From contig DHHB01000012.1 of NCBI GenBank assembly GCA_002403075.1, forward strand, positions 13,767-77,766: a stretch of 64,000 bases of DNA, written 5' to 3'. Each line of letters opens with the position of its first letter. The stretch's first letter is position 1. The notes under the pieces are model-generated. The model did not search any database. It saw only the letters and a program-made list of their open reading frames with translations, and was not told where the DNA came from. The DNA comes from a bacterium UBP1_UBA4783 (GTDB lineage Bacteria > Krumholzibacteriota > Krumholzibacteriia > Krumholzibacteriales > Krumholzibacteriaceae). The position numbers and the translations under genes are program-made. Positions 37,656 through 47,204 of this stretch are shown piece by piece.

Positions 37656-38810
37656 ATGTTTGCGGAAAGAATGAGCAGGCTCGGCACGGAGACCGCCTTC
37701 GAGGTTCTGGCGCGTGCGAAGGCCATGGAGGCCGAGGGAAGGGATATGGTCCATCTCGAGATCGGGGAGCCCGATTTCGACACGCCGCCCAATATCGTGA
37801 AGGCCGCCATCAAGGCGCTCAAGGAGGGCTTTACCCACTACGGCCCGTCCGCCGGGATGCCCGCGGCGAAGAAGGTGTTCGCCGAGCACATCTCGAAGGA
37901 CCGCAAGATCGAGGTGCGGCCGGAGAACGTCGTCATCACCCCGGGCGCCAAGCCGATCCTTTTCTTCTCGATCATGGCCCTCGTCGACGAGGGGGACGAA
38001 GTCATCTATCCGAATCCCGGGTTTCCCATCTACGAGTCGGTGATCAACTTCGTCGGCGGCAAGCCCGTTCCCATCCCTCTGCGGGAGGAGAAGAACTTCT
38101 CGTTCGACGTCGACGAGCTGCGCGGACTCGTCAACGAGAAGACGAAGCTCATCATCGTCAATTCTCCGCAGAATCCGACGGGAGGCATCCTGACGAAGAA
38201 GGACATGAAAACCGTCGCCGAGCTTGCCGACAAGTACGACGCGTGGATCCTCAGCGACGAGGTGTACAGCAAGATCGTATACGAGGGGAAGCACGTCAGC
38301 ATATACGACTTCCCCGAGGTCAAGGATCGCACCATCCTCCTCGAAGGCCACTCGAAGACCTATGCGATGACGGGGTGGCGGCTCGGGTACGGGATCATGC
38401 CGCCGAAGCTCGCGGACGCGGTCGCCCGCCTTCAGACGAACTCGAACTCCTGCACGGCGAGCTTCACGCAGATGGCCGGCATCGAGGCCCTCACCGGTTC
38501 GCAGAGCAGGTCGCGAAAGATGGTCAAGGAGTTCAAGGCGCGCCGCGATCTCATCGTCGACGGCCTCAACGCGATCCCCGGCTTCACGTGTCTCAAGCCG
38601 AAAGGCGCCTTCTACGTCTTCCCGAACATCACCGGCACGGGGATGAAATCGAAGGAGCTCGAGACGTTCCTCCTCGAGAAGGCGGGCGTAGCCGCCCTCA
38701 GCGGCACGAGCTTCGGTGCGTACGGCGAGGGATACGTGCGGTTCTCCTACGCCAACTCGCAGGAGAATATCAAGAAGGCGCTCGAGAAGATCCGGAGCGC
38801 CCTCAAGTAA
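37656..38810 (+). CDS. class I/II pyridoxal-phosphate-dependent (aspartate) aminotransferase
   Basis: GGAGGAG RBS. 384 aa. Motifs NPGFP, NSPQNPTG, SKTYAMTGWRLGY (PLP-lysine region). Confidence 0.85.
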   Translation: MFAERMSRLGTETAFEVLARAKAMEAEGRDMVHLEIGEPDFDTPPNIVKAAIKALKEGFTHYGPSAGMPAAKKVFAEHISKDRKIEVRPENVVITPGAKPILFFSIMALVDEGDEVIYPNPGFPIYESVINFVGGKPVPIPLREEKNFSFDVDELRGLVNEKTKLIIVNSPQNPTGGILTKKDMKTVAELADKYDAWILSDEVYSKIVYEGKHVSIYDFPEVKDRTILLEGHSKTYAMTGWRLGYGIMPPKLADAVARLQTNSNSCTASFTQMAGIEALTGSQSRSRKMVKEFKARRDLIVDGLNAIPGFTCLKPKGAFYVFPNITGTGMKSKELETFLLEKAGVAALSGTSFGAYGEGYVRFSYANSQENIKKALEKIRSALK

Positions 38811-38832
38811 GCGGCGCCACGACGATTCGACT

Positions 38833-38874
38833 CCCCTGTCGAAAGCCGACGCTTTCGACAGGGGGTTCTTTTTC
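38833..38874 (+). terminator. rho-independent terminator
   Basis: Perfect 14-bp stem cccctgtcgaaagc / gctttcgacagggg, loop cgac, then gttcttttt. Confidence 0.6.
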
Positions 38875-38889
38875 CGGAGGTGTATTGCG

Positions 38890-39831
38890 GTGCGCGGCGT
38901 AGACGTCGTCGCCCTCGGCGGCAACGCGATCATACCGAACAAGGGAACCGGCACGATCGAGGAGCAGCGGCTTCTCACCGATACCTCGATGCGCCAGGTG
39001 GCCGATCTCATCGCGGCGGGCCGCAGGGTGATCGTCACGCACGGCAACGGACCGATCGTCGGCAACATCGTCGAGCGGAACGAAGCGGTGAAGGACCGCA
39101 TCCCGCCCATGCCGCTCGACGTCTGCGACGCCGATTCGCAGGGCGGCATCGGATACATGATCCAGCAGTCGCTGCGCAACGAGCTTCTCGCGAAGGGGTT
39201 CTCGCGCGACGTCGTCTCGCTCGTCTCGCAGGTCGTCGTTTCGAAGGAAGACGACGCGTTCAAGCATCCGACGAAGCCGATCGGGCTGTTCTACGGCGAG
39301 GAGGAGGCGCGCGCGCTCGAGCGCGAGAAGGGGTTCCGGATGGTTCTCGACGCGAACCGCGGGTGGCGGCGCGTCGTGCCCTCCCCGGATCCGCTCGAAA
39401 TCGTGGAGGCCGGCGTGATCTCGAAGCTTCTCGAGCTCGACGTCGTCGTGATCGCCGTGGGCGGCGGCGGCGTTCCGGTCGTGCGCGAGGGGAACCGCCT
39501 CGCCGGCGTCGAAGCGGTCATCGACAAGGATCTCGCGGCGGCCGTTCTCGCGCGGATGGTGGGAGCCGAGCGGCTCATCATCCTCACGAGCGTGCCTGAA
39601 GTGTACGTGGGCTTCGGGACCGCGGCGCAGAAGGCGCTCCGCCGGGTGAAGCTCGCCGAAGTGCGCCGCCACCGAGACGCGGGCGAGTTTCACGCGGGAA
39701 GCATGGGCCCCAAGATCGAAGCCGCGATCCGGTTCATCGAATGGGGCGGCACGCGCGTCATCATATCCGAGGCGACGAAGCTCCTCGAAGCCTGCGCGGG
39801 CGCGGCGGGAACGCACATACTGCCGGACTGA
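38890..39831 (+). CDS. arcC: carbamate kinase
   Basis: GGAGGTG RBS then GTG. VVALGGNAI, THGNGPIVGN, GGGGVPVV, AVIDKDLAAA motifs. Confidence 0.8.
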   Translation: MRGVDVVALGGNAIIPNKGTGTIEEQRLLTDTSMRQVADLIAAGRRVIVTHGNGPIVGNIVERNEAVKDRIPPMPLDVCDADSQGGIGYMIQQSLRNELLAKGFSRDVVSLVSQVVVSKEDDAFKHPTKPIGLFYGEEEARALEREKGFRMVLDANRGWRRVVPSPDPLEIVEAGVISKLLELDVVVIAVGGGGVPVVREGNRLAGVEAVIDKDLAAAVLARMVGAERLIILTSVPEVYVGFGTAAQKALRRVKLAEVRRHRDAGEFHAGSMGPKIEAAIRFIEWGGTRVIISEATKLLEACAGAAGTHILPD

Positions 39832-39910
39832 TCTCCTCCTTCATCCTTCGCGGGCGGCGTTCGATCGAAACGGGGCGGAGGGCGCGCGGGGACGCTTCGC
39901 GGAGGGACTC

Positions 39911-41209
39911 ATGCGAGTCACCCTTTCATACGGAACGGGCTCGTTCGACGTCGAGATGCCCGGTCGCTCCGCCGTCAAGAAGGCGGGCGACGCCGGGATC
40001 GCGCCGGTTCCGGACGAGCGCGCCTCCCTCGCGGCAGCCCTCGAGCGTCCCGTCGCCTCGCCTCCCCTCGAACGTCTCCTCCCGCGGACCGGGTCCGTCG
40101 CCGTTCTCATATCCGATCTCACGCGCGGGGCCGCCGCCGCGAGACTTCTCCGCCCGCTCCTCGAGGAGCTCGAGAGGCTCGGCGCCGGTCCGGAGCGCGT
40201 CATCGTCATCCTCGCTCTCGGTCTGCACCGGGGGAGAGGGGGAGCCGCGCTCGAGGCGCACCTCGGCGCCGATATACTCTCGCGCTGGACGGTGGTGGAG
40301 CACGACGCTCGAGACGGCGGCTCGCTCGTCGACGTCGGCGCGACGGCGGCCGGCACGCCGTGCGCGCTGAACCGCGCGGCGGTCGACTCGTCGCTCGTCA
40401 TCACGCTCGGCGCCGTGGCGTTTCATTACTTCGCGGGGTACGGGGGCGCTCGAAAACTCATCCTTCCCGGCATCGCCTCCGAGAGCGCGATACTCGCCAA
40501 TCATCGACTGTCGCTCCGCGCGGACGCCGGCGCGGGCCTCTCCGCGGGATGCCGTCCCGGAGTTCTTGACGGCAACCCCGTTCACGAGGACATGCTCGCG
40601 GGGGCGCGGCTGTTGGAGACCCGCGTTTTCTCGGTGAACGTCGTGGCCGGAGCCCGCGGCGAAGCGCTCTTTATAAACGCCGGCGATCTCGACGCGTCCC
40701 ACCGCGCGGCCTGCGGTTTCCTCTCGGCCCACATGCGGATTCCCCTGGCGCGGCTCTACCGCGCGGTCGTTTTCTCCGCGGGAGGTTTTCCGAAGGATAT
40801 CGATCTCCTGCAGAGCCACAAGGCGATCCGCCACGCCTCGTACGCGCTCGAGGAAGGCGGTCTCATGCTCGCCGCGGCCGAATGCGGCGAGGGCGTCGGA
40901 TCGGAATCGTACGCCGGAGCGTTCGAGCAGGGCCGCCTGGCCGTTCCCGGGCGGGTGCGCGCGAGCTACACGGCGAACGCGCAGGCCGCCATCTCCACGT
41001 GCGAGCTCGCCGCGCGCTTTTCGATCTATCTCAAATCGGCGATGGACGACGCCCTCGTCGGCCGTTTCGGGTTCTGCTCGTGGAAGCCCGGGTACGAGGA
41101 CTATCTGCTCGCGAGTCTCGCGGACGACGAGATCCTCGTCATCGAGAACGCGTCGCTGTTCCTTCCCGGGATCGAGGCCGCCGCCGGCCCCGGCCCCGCG
41201 CGCGGCTAG
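39911..41209 (+). CDS. LarA-like (lactate racemase N-terminal domain, DUF2088) protein
   Basis: GGAGGGA RBS. 432 aa. VLISDLTRG...LALGLHRG pattern consistent with the LarA family. Confidence 0.55.
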   Translation: MRVTLSYGTGSFDVEMPGRSAVKKAGDAGIAPVPDERASLAAALERPVASPPLERLLPRTGSVAVLISDLTRGAAAARLLRPLLEELERLGAGPERVIVILALGLHRGRGGAALEAHLGADILSRWTVVEHDARDGGSLVDVGATAAGTPCALNRAAVDSSLVITLGAVAFHYFAGYGGARKLILPGIASESAILANHRLSLRADAGAGLSAGCRPGVLDGNPVHEDMLAGARLLETRVFSVNVVAGARGEALFINAGDLDASHRAACGFLSAHMRIPLARLYRAVVFSAGGFPKDIDLLQSHKAIRHASYALEEGGLMLAAAECGEGVGSESYAGAFEQGRLAVPGRVRASYTANAQAAISTCELAARFSIYLKSAMDDALVGRFGFCSWKPGYEDYLLASLADDEILVIENASLFLPGIEAAAGPGPARG

Positions 41210-41267
41210 CGGCGGACGTTATCCCCCGTCGCGGCGGAATCGGGTTTTCGCTCGGGCCGTTCGGTAG

Positions 41268-41273
41268 TATAAT
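41268..41273 (+). promoter_or_regulatory. -10 hexamer TATAAT upstream of purD
   Basis: ggtagTATAATggcg, ~60 nt before purD. Weak -35. Confidence 0.3.
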
Positions 41274-41330
41274 GGCGAGTGCCGCGGCGCGGAGGTAGAG
41301 CCGTGCCCCGGCCGCACGGGAGAAAAGGAC

Positions 41331-42632
41331 ATGAAAGGAACCATGAAGGTGCTCATCGTCGGCGGCGGCGGACGGGAACACGCCATCGCGTGGAAGATCG
41401 CGCAGTCTCCGGAGCTCGGAGAGCTCTACGCCGCCCCGGGCAACGCGGGCATCGCCGCCGTCGCCGAGTGCGTCGGCGTTCGGTCGGACGATAGCGCGGG
41501 GCTTCTCGCCTTCGCGGAGGAGAAAGGGGTCGATCTCACGATCGTCGGCCCCGAGGCGCCGCTCGTGGCGGGGATAGTCGATCTCTTCTCCGCGCGCGGT
41601 CTCGAGGTTTTCGGATTCCGCCGGGACGGCGCGCGGCTCGAGGGAAGCAAGGTTTGGGCGAAGGAGTTCATGCGGCGCCACGGGATTCCGACGGCCGGCT
41701 TCGCCGCATGCGACGACGCGGCGTCCGCGCTCGCGGCGATCGAGCGGGGGACGCCTCCGTTCGTCGTGAAGGCGGACGGGCTCGCCGCGGGCAAAGGCGT
41801 CATCGTCGCGGCGACGCGCGAGGAAGCGCGCGAGGCGATCGAGCTCTTGATGCTGAAGAAGGAGTTCGGCGCGGCGGGGAACCGGCTCGTCGTCGAGGAG
41901 TTCCTCGAGGGGCCCGAGGTGTCGATCCTCTCGCTGTTCGACGGCGCGGCGTACCGTCTCTTCGCTCCGTCGCAGGATCACAAGCGCGCGCTCGACGGCG
42001 ACCGGGGACCCAACACCGGGGGGATGGGGGCCTATGCGCCGGTTCCCGCGCTCTCGCCCGCCATGCTCGAGTGGATCCGCGCCTCGATCATCGAGCCGAC
42101 GTTCGAGGGGATGCGGGCCGACGGGATCGCGGGCGCCGGAATTCTCTACTTCGGCCTCATGCTCACCGCGGACGGGCCGAAGGTGCTCGAGTACAACTGC
42201 CGGTTCGGCGATCCGGAGACGCAGGCGGTTCTTCCTCTCTTCGACGGGGATCTTCTCGCGGCTATCGACGCCGCCGCGAGGGGCGAGCTCGACGGCGCCG
42301 CCTTCTCGAACAGCCCTCTCTCGGCGGCGTGCGTCGTCGTCGCCTCGGGAGGCTATCCGGGACCGTACCGGACGGGGTTCGAGATCGCGGGGCTCGACGA
42401 GGCGGAGTGCCGCGGGTGCGTCGTTTTTCACGCCGGCACGGCGCTGCGGGACGGCGCGATCGTCACCGCGGGCGGCCGCGTGCTCGGCGTGACCGCGGTC
42501 GCGCCCGGGCTCGGCGAGGCGATCGCGAAGGCGTACCGCGGCGTCGACGCAGTCCGGTTCGAGGGGGCGTTCACGAGGGGCGACATCGGCGCGCGGGCGC
42601 TCGTCGCGGGCGAAAGAAAGGAGCAGCGGTGA
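41331..42632 (+). CDS. purD: phosphoribosylamine--glycine ligase
   Basis: MKVLIVGGGGREHAIAWK N-terminus and an ATP-grasp body. Confidence 0.9.
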   Translation: MKGTMKVLIVGGGGREHAIAWKIAQSPELGELYAAPGNAGIAAVAECVGVRSDDSAGLLAFAEEKGVDLTIVGPEAPLVAGIVDLFSARGLEVFGFRRDGARLEGSKVWAKEFMRRHGIPTAGFAACDDAASALAAIERGTPPFVVKADGLAAGKGVIVAATREEAREAIELLMLKKEFGAAGNRLVVEEFLEGPEVSILSLFDGAAYRLFAPSQDHKRALDGDRGPNTGGMGAYAPVPALSPAMLEWIRASIIEPTFEGMRADGIAGAGILYFGLMLTADGPKVLEYNCRFGDPETQAVLPLFDGDLLAAIDAAARGELDGAAFSNSPLSAACVVVASGGYPGPYRTGFEIAGLDEAECRGCVVFHAGTALRDGAIVTAGGRVLGVTAVAPGLGEAIAKAYRGVDAVRFEGAFTRGDIGARALVAGERKEQR

Positions 42633-43096
42633 AAGGGGAAATTCAGGTGGCCGTGGTCATGGGGAGCGAATCCGACCGGGAGACGATGCAGGCGTGCGTC
42701 GAGGAGCTCGGGCGGCTGCACATCGCGTGCGAGCTGCGCGTCTCGTCGGCGCATCGGCAGCCGAAGGCGACGGTCGAATACGTCGAGGAGGCGCTCGCGC
42801 GCGGCGTGCAGGTATTCGTCGCAGGCGCGGGGATGGCCGCGGCGCTCCCCGGATACATCGCGTCCCTCACGACGCGCCCCGTCATCGGCGTGCCGCTTGC
42901 GAGCGGCTTGCCCGGCGGCATCGACGCGCTGTACGCCATCGCGCAGATGCCCCCCGGCGTCCCCGTCGCGACGGTCGCCGTCGGCGCTCCCGGCGCCCGC
43001 AACGCGGCCATACTCGCCGCCGAGATTCTCGCGCTCTCGGACGACAGGATCGCGGAGGCGCTGCAGGAGATGCGCAACCGGTGGCACCGGAGCTGA
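42629..43096 (+). CDS. purE: N5-carboxyaminoimidazole ribonucleotide mutase
   Basis: GTG overlapping the purD stop (GTGA). VAVVMGSESD, VFVAGAGMAAALPG motifs. Confidence 0.8.
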   Translation: MKGEIQVAVVMGSESDRETMQACVEELGRLHIACELRVSSAHRQPKATVEYVEEALARGVQVFVAGAGMAAALPGYIASLTTRPVIGVPLASGLPGGIDALYAIAQMPPGVPVATVAVGAPGARNAAILAAEILALSDDRIAEALQEMRNRWHRS

Positions 43097-43764
43097 GGGG
43101 CCTTCTCACGCGCTCGCTCGCGGCGCGCGTCGCCGCCGCCCTCGCGGCGGGCGGCGTGGCCGTTCTCCCGACCGATACGATATACGGATTCCACTGCGCC
43201 GCCTCCAGCGCCGGCGCCGTGAAGCGGATCCGCGCGCTCAAGCGACGCGCTTCCCGCAGCGGCTTCGTGCTGCTCGCGGCCGACGCCGCGATGGCCGAGC
43301 GGATCGTGGCGCGGTGGCCCGGCGGAGCGAGAGCGATCCTCGCGCGCATCTGGCCGGGACCGCTCACGGCGCTCCTTCCCGCCCGAAAGGGCGTGCCTCC
43401 GGCGCTCGCGCCCCGCGGCGTCGTCGCCGTGCGCGTGCCGGGTCGCGCGGATCTCCGCGCGCTCGTCGCCGCGATCGGCGAACCGCTCGTCTCGACGAGC
43501 GTCAACGTTTCGGGCGGGAGACCTCTCGCGCGGATCGCCGACATCGAGCGGTCGTTTCCGGGCCTCGACGCGTACGTCTCGAAGCGGGGCCGCACGTCCA
43601 GGATCCCTTCGACGATCGTCGATTTCACGGGAGACGCGCCGGCGCTCGTCCGGAGCGGCGCGATTCGATGGCGCGAGGGCGTCTTCGGAGGATTGCGCGC
43701 GCCGCGGAGGAGGGAAGGCTCGGGCGGTCAGTCGGGGAACCCCTCGAAGCGGCGGTCCCGGTAG
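43081..43764 (+). CDS. tsaC: L-threonylcarbamoyladenylate synthase (YrdC/TsaC family)
   Basis: GTG start overlapping the purE end. VLPTDTIYG, LKRRASRSGFVLL, STSVNVSGG motifs. Confidence 0.7.
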   Translation: MAPELRGLLTRSLAARVAAALAAGGVAVLPTDTIYGFHCAASSAGAVKRIRALKRRASRSGFVLLAADAAMAERIVARWPGGARAILARIWPGPLTALLPARKGVPPALAPRGVVAVRVPGRADLRALVAAIGEPLVSTSVNVSGGRPLARIADIERSFPGLDAYVSKRGRTSRIPSTIVDFTGDAPALVRSGAIRWREGVFGGLRAPRRREGSGGQSGNPSKRRSR

Positions 43765-44588
43765 GCGTCGCAGCGCGAGCAGAGGAGTATCCGTTCCCTC
43801 TCGCCGCGCGCGAGATGCGCCGCGTAACCGAGACGGACGGGTCCGTTCCAGATATCGAGGACGCTCTCCGCGCCGACGTCGCCGATCACGGCGCGCCCGG
43901 CGATATCCCAGCAGCACAGCACCGCGCGGCCGTCGGTGTAGAAGAACATCTCCTCGCGCATCTTGAGACACGGTTTCCGCACCATCTCCACGCCCTCGTC
44001 CCACGGCCAGTTGTAGAGCGGCACGATGAGCGCCCTGTCCGCGCGCGCCCCCCAGTACTCGACGAACGCCTCCTGCTCGCCGCGGTTGAGATCCATGTCG
44101 ATCATCCGGACCTCCGTCGCGACGCGGCCGCCGTGCCCGCGGGCGAGCGAAATGAAGCGCTCGACGTTGTCGACGACCTTACCGTAATCGAGGCCGACGC
44201 GGCAGCGCGCGTAGGTTTCCCGCGAGAACGCGTCGACGCTGAAGCGCACGAGATCGATCCCCGCGTCGATGAGCTCCCGGCCCCTGCGCTCGTCGAGGAG
44301 GCTCCCGTTCGTGTTGATTTCGGCGCGCGCCGTCGGATCCTGCTTGATGTACGCGACGATCTTCGCGAGCCGCTTGTCGATGAGCGCCTCGTTCTGGAGG
44401 AACGGACGGTACGTGACGCCGAGCCCGCGCGTGTCGTCGACGATCTTTTTCCAGATCGCGTCCGGCATGACGACCGGACCGCGGTCGATCTTCTTCTGCG
44501 GACAAAACGGACAATCGGCGTCGCAGCCGAGGATCGTCTCGATCTGTATGAAACGGGGTTGGGGAGGGGTCCTGATCTCGTGTTCCAC
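43728..44588 (-). CDS. radical SAM protein
   Basis: CDADCPFC (CxxxCxxC) 4Fe-4S/SAM motif near the N-terminus. 286 aa. Starts 4 nt after the waaA stop on the minus strand. Confidence 0.75.
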   Translation of the reverse strand: MEHEIRTPPQPRFIQIETILGCDADCPFCPQKKIDRGPVVMPDAIWKKIVDDTRGLGVTYRPFLQNEALIDKRLAKIVAYIKQDPTARAEINTNGSLLDERRGRELIDAGIDLVRFSVDAFSRETYARCRVGLDYGKVVDNVERFISLARGHGGRVATEVRMIDMDLNRGEQEAFVEYWGARADRALIVPLYNWPWDEGVEMVRKPCLKMREEMFFYTDGRAVLCCWDIAGRAVIGDVGAESVLDIWNGPVRLGYAAHLARGERERILLCSRCDAYRDRRFEGFPD

Positions 44589-44591
44589 GGG

Positions 44592-45902
44592 TCACCTTTT
44601 TCCGGCGAGAAGCGTTTCCAGCAAATCTACGCAACGGGGGGCCGCTCCGCAATGTTTTCGTATGAAGCGCGATCCCGTCTCTCCCGTCCGTGCGAGGAGA
44701 TCCGGATCGGCGAGCAGCGCGAGCGCCTCGCGCGCGAAATCGGCTCCCGTCCGCACGATCTTCGCGGCGCCGAGATCGACGAGGCGGCGCGCCTCGTACG
44801 AGTTGTCGATGCGCGGTCCGAACAAGACGGGGAGCGAGAGCACCGCGGGCTCCATCACGTTGTGAACGCCCGTCGTGAAGCTGCCGCCGACGTAAGCGAT
44901 TCGCCCGGCGCGATAGAGCTCGGCGAGATAACCGACGCCGTCGGCGACGACGACCTCATCCTCGCCGGGAGGATCGTCGCCGAGGCTCGAGAGCGGGCGG
45001 AAGGGGAGTCCGGCGGAGGCGAGCGTCCGGCGGATCTCGGCGAGCCGCTCGACCGAGGGCTCGTGCGGAACGAGTATGAGACCGGTTCCGCGGCGTTCCT
45101 TCCGGAGCGCGCGGAATCCCGATACGACGAGCGCCTCGTCCTTCGGCCACGTGCTGCCGGCGATGATCCACGCCCTGCCGGCGGCGGCGACGGCCCCCGG
45201 CAGCTTTGCCGTCGAGGCATCGATTCTGCGGCACACCTGGTCGAAGCGCGTATCACCCGCGACCGTGATATCGACGCCGCCGCGGACGCCGCGGCGAAAA
45301 CGTTCTGCGTCCTCCTCCGAGATCGCCGCGATGGCGCCGAGCCGCGAGTAGAGGCCGCCGTAGAAGCCCCTCGCGATCCGCGAGAGGCGCAGCGAGCCGG
45401 GGGAGAGCGTTCCGGCGACGAGCGCCTGCGGCACGCCCCGCTTCGCCGCCTCGAGGACGAGGTTCGGCCAGATATCGAACTTGACGTACACGAGGAGGTC
45501 GGGACGCAGCGCGTCGAGACAGAAGCGCGCGTTGCCCGGAGTGTCGACGGGGAGGTATTCGACGAACGAGATCGCCTCGATCCGCTTCGAGCGGTCGAAC
45601 CGCTCGTAGTAGCTCATACCCGACGGCGAGAAGAACGTGAGCGCGATCTCGATACCGCCGGGGCGTTCCGCGAGCAGACTCATGACCGGCTTCGCCTGCT
45701 CGAACTCGCCGACGGACGAAACGTGAAACCACGCGAGCGGGGATCTCCGCTCGAGCCTCGACGCGCCAGCGAGCCAGCGTTCCCGAAGACCGCGCCGTCC
45801 CGCGAGCCCCTCCGCTATCTTTCCGTTCCAGGCGGCCGCGGCCCGCGCGGCGAGGGCCGCGGCGGGGAGAAGAGCGTTGTAGACGGCGAGTTCGATCTTC
45901 AC
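44592..45902 (-). CDS. waaA: 3-deoxy-D-manno-octulosonic acid (Kdo) transferase
   Basis: GTG start overlapping the upstream stop (GTGA on the minus strand). WFHVSSVGEFEQAKPV signature of the KdtA family. The longer table ORF has Arg-rich junk at its N-terminus. Confidence 0.75.
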   Translation of the reverse strand: MKIELAVYNALLPAAALAARAAAAWNGKIAEGLAGRRGLRERWLAGASRLERRSPLAWFHVSSVGEFEQAKPVMSLLAERPGGIEIALTFFSPSGMSYYERFDRSKRIEAISFVEYLPVDTPGNARFCLDALRPDLLVYVKFDIWPNLVLEAAKRGVPQALVAGTLSPGSLRLSRIARGFYGGLYSRLGAIAAISEEDAERFRRGVRGGVDITVAGDTRFDQVCRRIDASTAKLPGAVAAAGRAWIIAGSTWPKDEALVVSGFRALRKERRGTGLILVPHEPSVERLAEIRRTLASAGLPFRPLSSLGDDPPGEDEVVVADGVGYLAELYRAGRIAYVGGSFTTGVHNVMEPAVLSLPVLFGPRIDNSYEARRLVDLGAAKIVRTGADFAREALALLADPDLLARTGETGSRFIRKHCGAAPRCVDLLETLLAGKR

Positions 45903-46945
45903 GCTCGGACCTTCCGTTCGGCGAGAAGCGCGGCGAGGGCATCCATTGCCCGCCGCGGAGATATCGCCGTGAGGCATTCCTTCGTGCCGTACGGACACCG
46001 GCGGGCGCCGTTGCGAGAGCATGGTCTGCAGCGCAGCTCCGTCTCGAGGGCGACGCTTCGCGGCAGCCGCGGAAAATATCCGAACTCGCGAACGGTCGGA
46101 CCGTAGAAGGCGACGACCGGCGTGCCGACCGATTCGGCGAGATGGAGCGGCGCCGAGTCGTTCGTCACGAGCGCTTCGCATCGTTCGAGCACGGCCGCCG
46201 ATTCGAGGATCGAGAGCCTGCCCGTGAGATCGAGAGGCGCGGGGAAGACCTCCGCCGCGATTTCGGCGTTCGTCTCGGCGTCAGCGGAGCCGCCGATGAG
46301 GATCGTCGAGCGTCCCCGGGCGGCAGCGAGCCGCATGAGATCGATGTAGCGCTCCCGCGGCCAGCGCTTCGTCTCCCACCGGGCGCCGGGAGCGAACGCG
46401 ACGGGTCCGGGGGCGCCCGGCGCCGCGGGCGGCGCGACGGCGTCCGCGGCGGCCCGCGCGGAGGCAGGCAGCGGCAGGTCGACGCGGCCGCCCGCCGCCG
46501 AAACGCCGAGCTCTTCGAAGAGTCTCGCGTACCGCTCGGTTTGCCGGACGACGCCGCGGTACAGGTTCGTTTTGCCGGCGATGAGCGCGAACTTCGCGAT
46601 TTCGTTCTTGTCGATCATGACCTTTCTCGGCGCGCGCAGCGAATGGTACAGGGCGAGGCTTCGCAGGACGCCGTGCGCGTCGACGACGGCGTCGTAGCGT
46701 TCGCGCGCGAGCCGGCCTCGAAGCCGCGCGAGCTCTCCGAGACCGCCCCGGTCGACCGTCAGCACCTCGTCGAGATACGCGTTTTCGGCGAAGAGCTCCG
46801 CGAAACGCTTCCTCGTGAGGAGATGGATGACCGCGTCCGGCGCGGCCCTTCGCAGCCGGATGAGCTCCGGAACGAGCAGGACGATATCGCCGAGGGAGCT
46901 GAGCCTTATAACGAGAATTTTGGCGTAGGATAAGGGCATCGACAC
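45899..46945 (-). CDS. ADP-heptose:LPS heptosyltransferase (GT9)
   Basis: KILVIRLSSLGDIVL at the N-terminus and LIGGSADAE...SAPLHLAESVGTPVVAFYGPT at the C-terminus, typical of WaaC/WaaF. Confidence 0.75.
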   Translation of the reverse strand: MSMPLSYAKILVIRLSSLGDIVLLVPELIRLRRAAPDAVIHLLTRKRFAELFAENAYLDEVLTVDRGGLGELARLRGRLARERYDAVVDAHGVLRSLALYHSLRAPRKVMIDKNEIAKFALIAGKTNLYRGVVRQTERYARLFEELGVSAAGGRVDLPLPASARAAADAVAPPAAPGAPGPVAFAPGARWETKRWPRERYIDLMRLAAARGRSTILIGGSADAETNAEIAAEVFPAPLDLTGRLSILESAAVLERCEALVTNDSAPLHLAESVGTPVVAFYGPTVREFGYFPRLPRSVALETELRCRPCSRNGARRCPYGTKECLTAISPRRAMDALAALLAERKVRA

Positions 46946-47116
46946 GCTCCGAGTGTTGCGATCGAATATACCGGAAGATGCGAATCAAGTCCAGATAAAC
47001 GAATGAGATAAGGAAATTGGGGCGGCCGCGCCGCGGCTGCGGCCCCTTTCCTTAATTCATTTAATGAAATCGAATTGCATTAATCAGCAATATTTGCAGA
47101 ATGATAAAAATCAATC

Positions 47117-47145
47117 TTGAAAATAATCGCTCTATATCTTAATAT
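47117..47145 (+). promoter_or_regulatory. sigma70-type promoter TTGAAA-N17-TAATAT
   Basis: In the AT-rich divergent intergenic region between the LPS operon and the XRE regulator. Confidence 0.45.
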
Positions 47146-47204
47146 GTAGTTTAACAAGCGTTTTGCGGGGTTTTTATCCCATACGGCACAGCGGGGGACT
47201 TGCG

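Noticed and set aside
42897-46106. 1069-aa + strand ORF spanning tsaC to waaA
   Set aside because: It is antisense to the radical SAM, waaA and heptosyltransferase genes, which have clear motifs. Its translation is Arg/Pro-rich.
47018-47045. GC-rich imperfect hairpin ggggcggccgcgccgcggctgcggcccc in the divergent intergenic region
   Set aside because: The stem is imperfect, and it lies upstream of both flanking genes, so it is not a terminator. It is too weak to call as a regulatory element.
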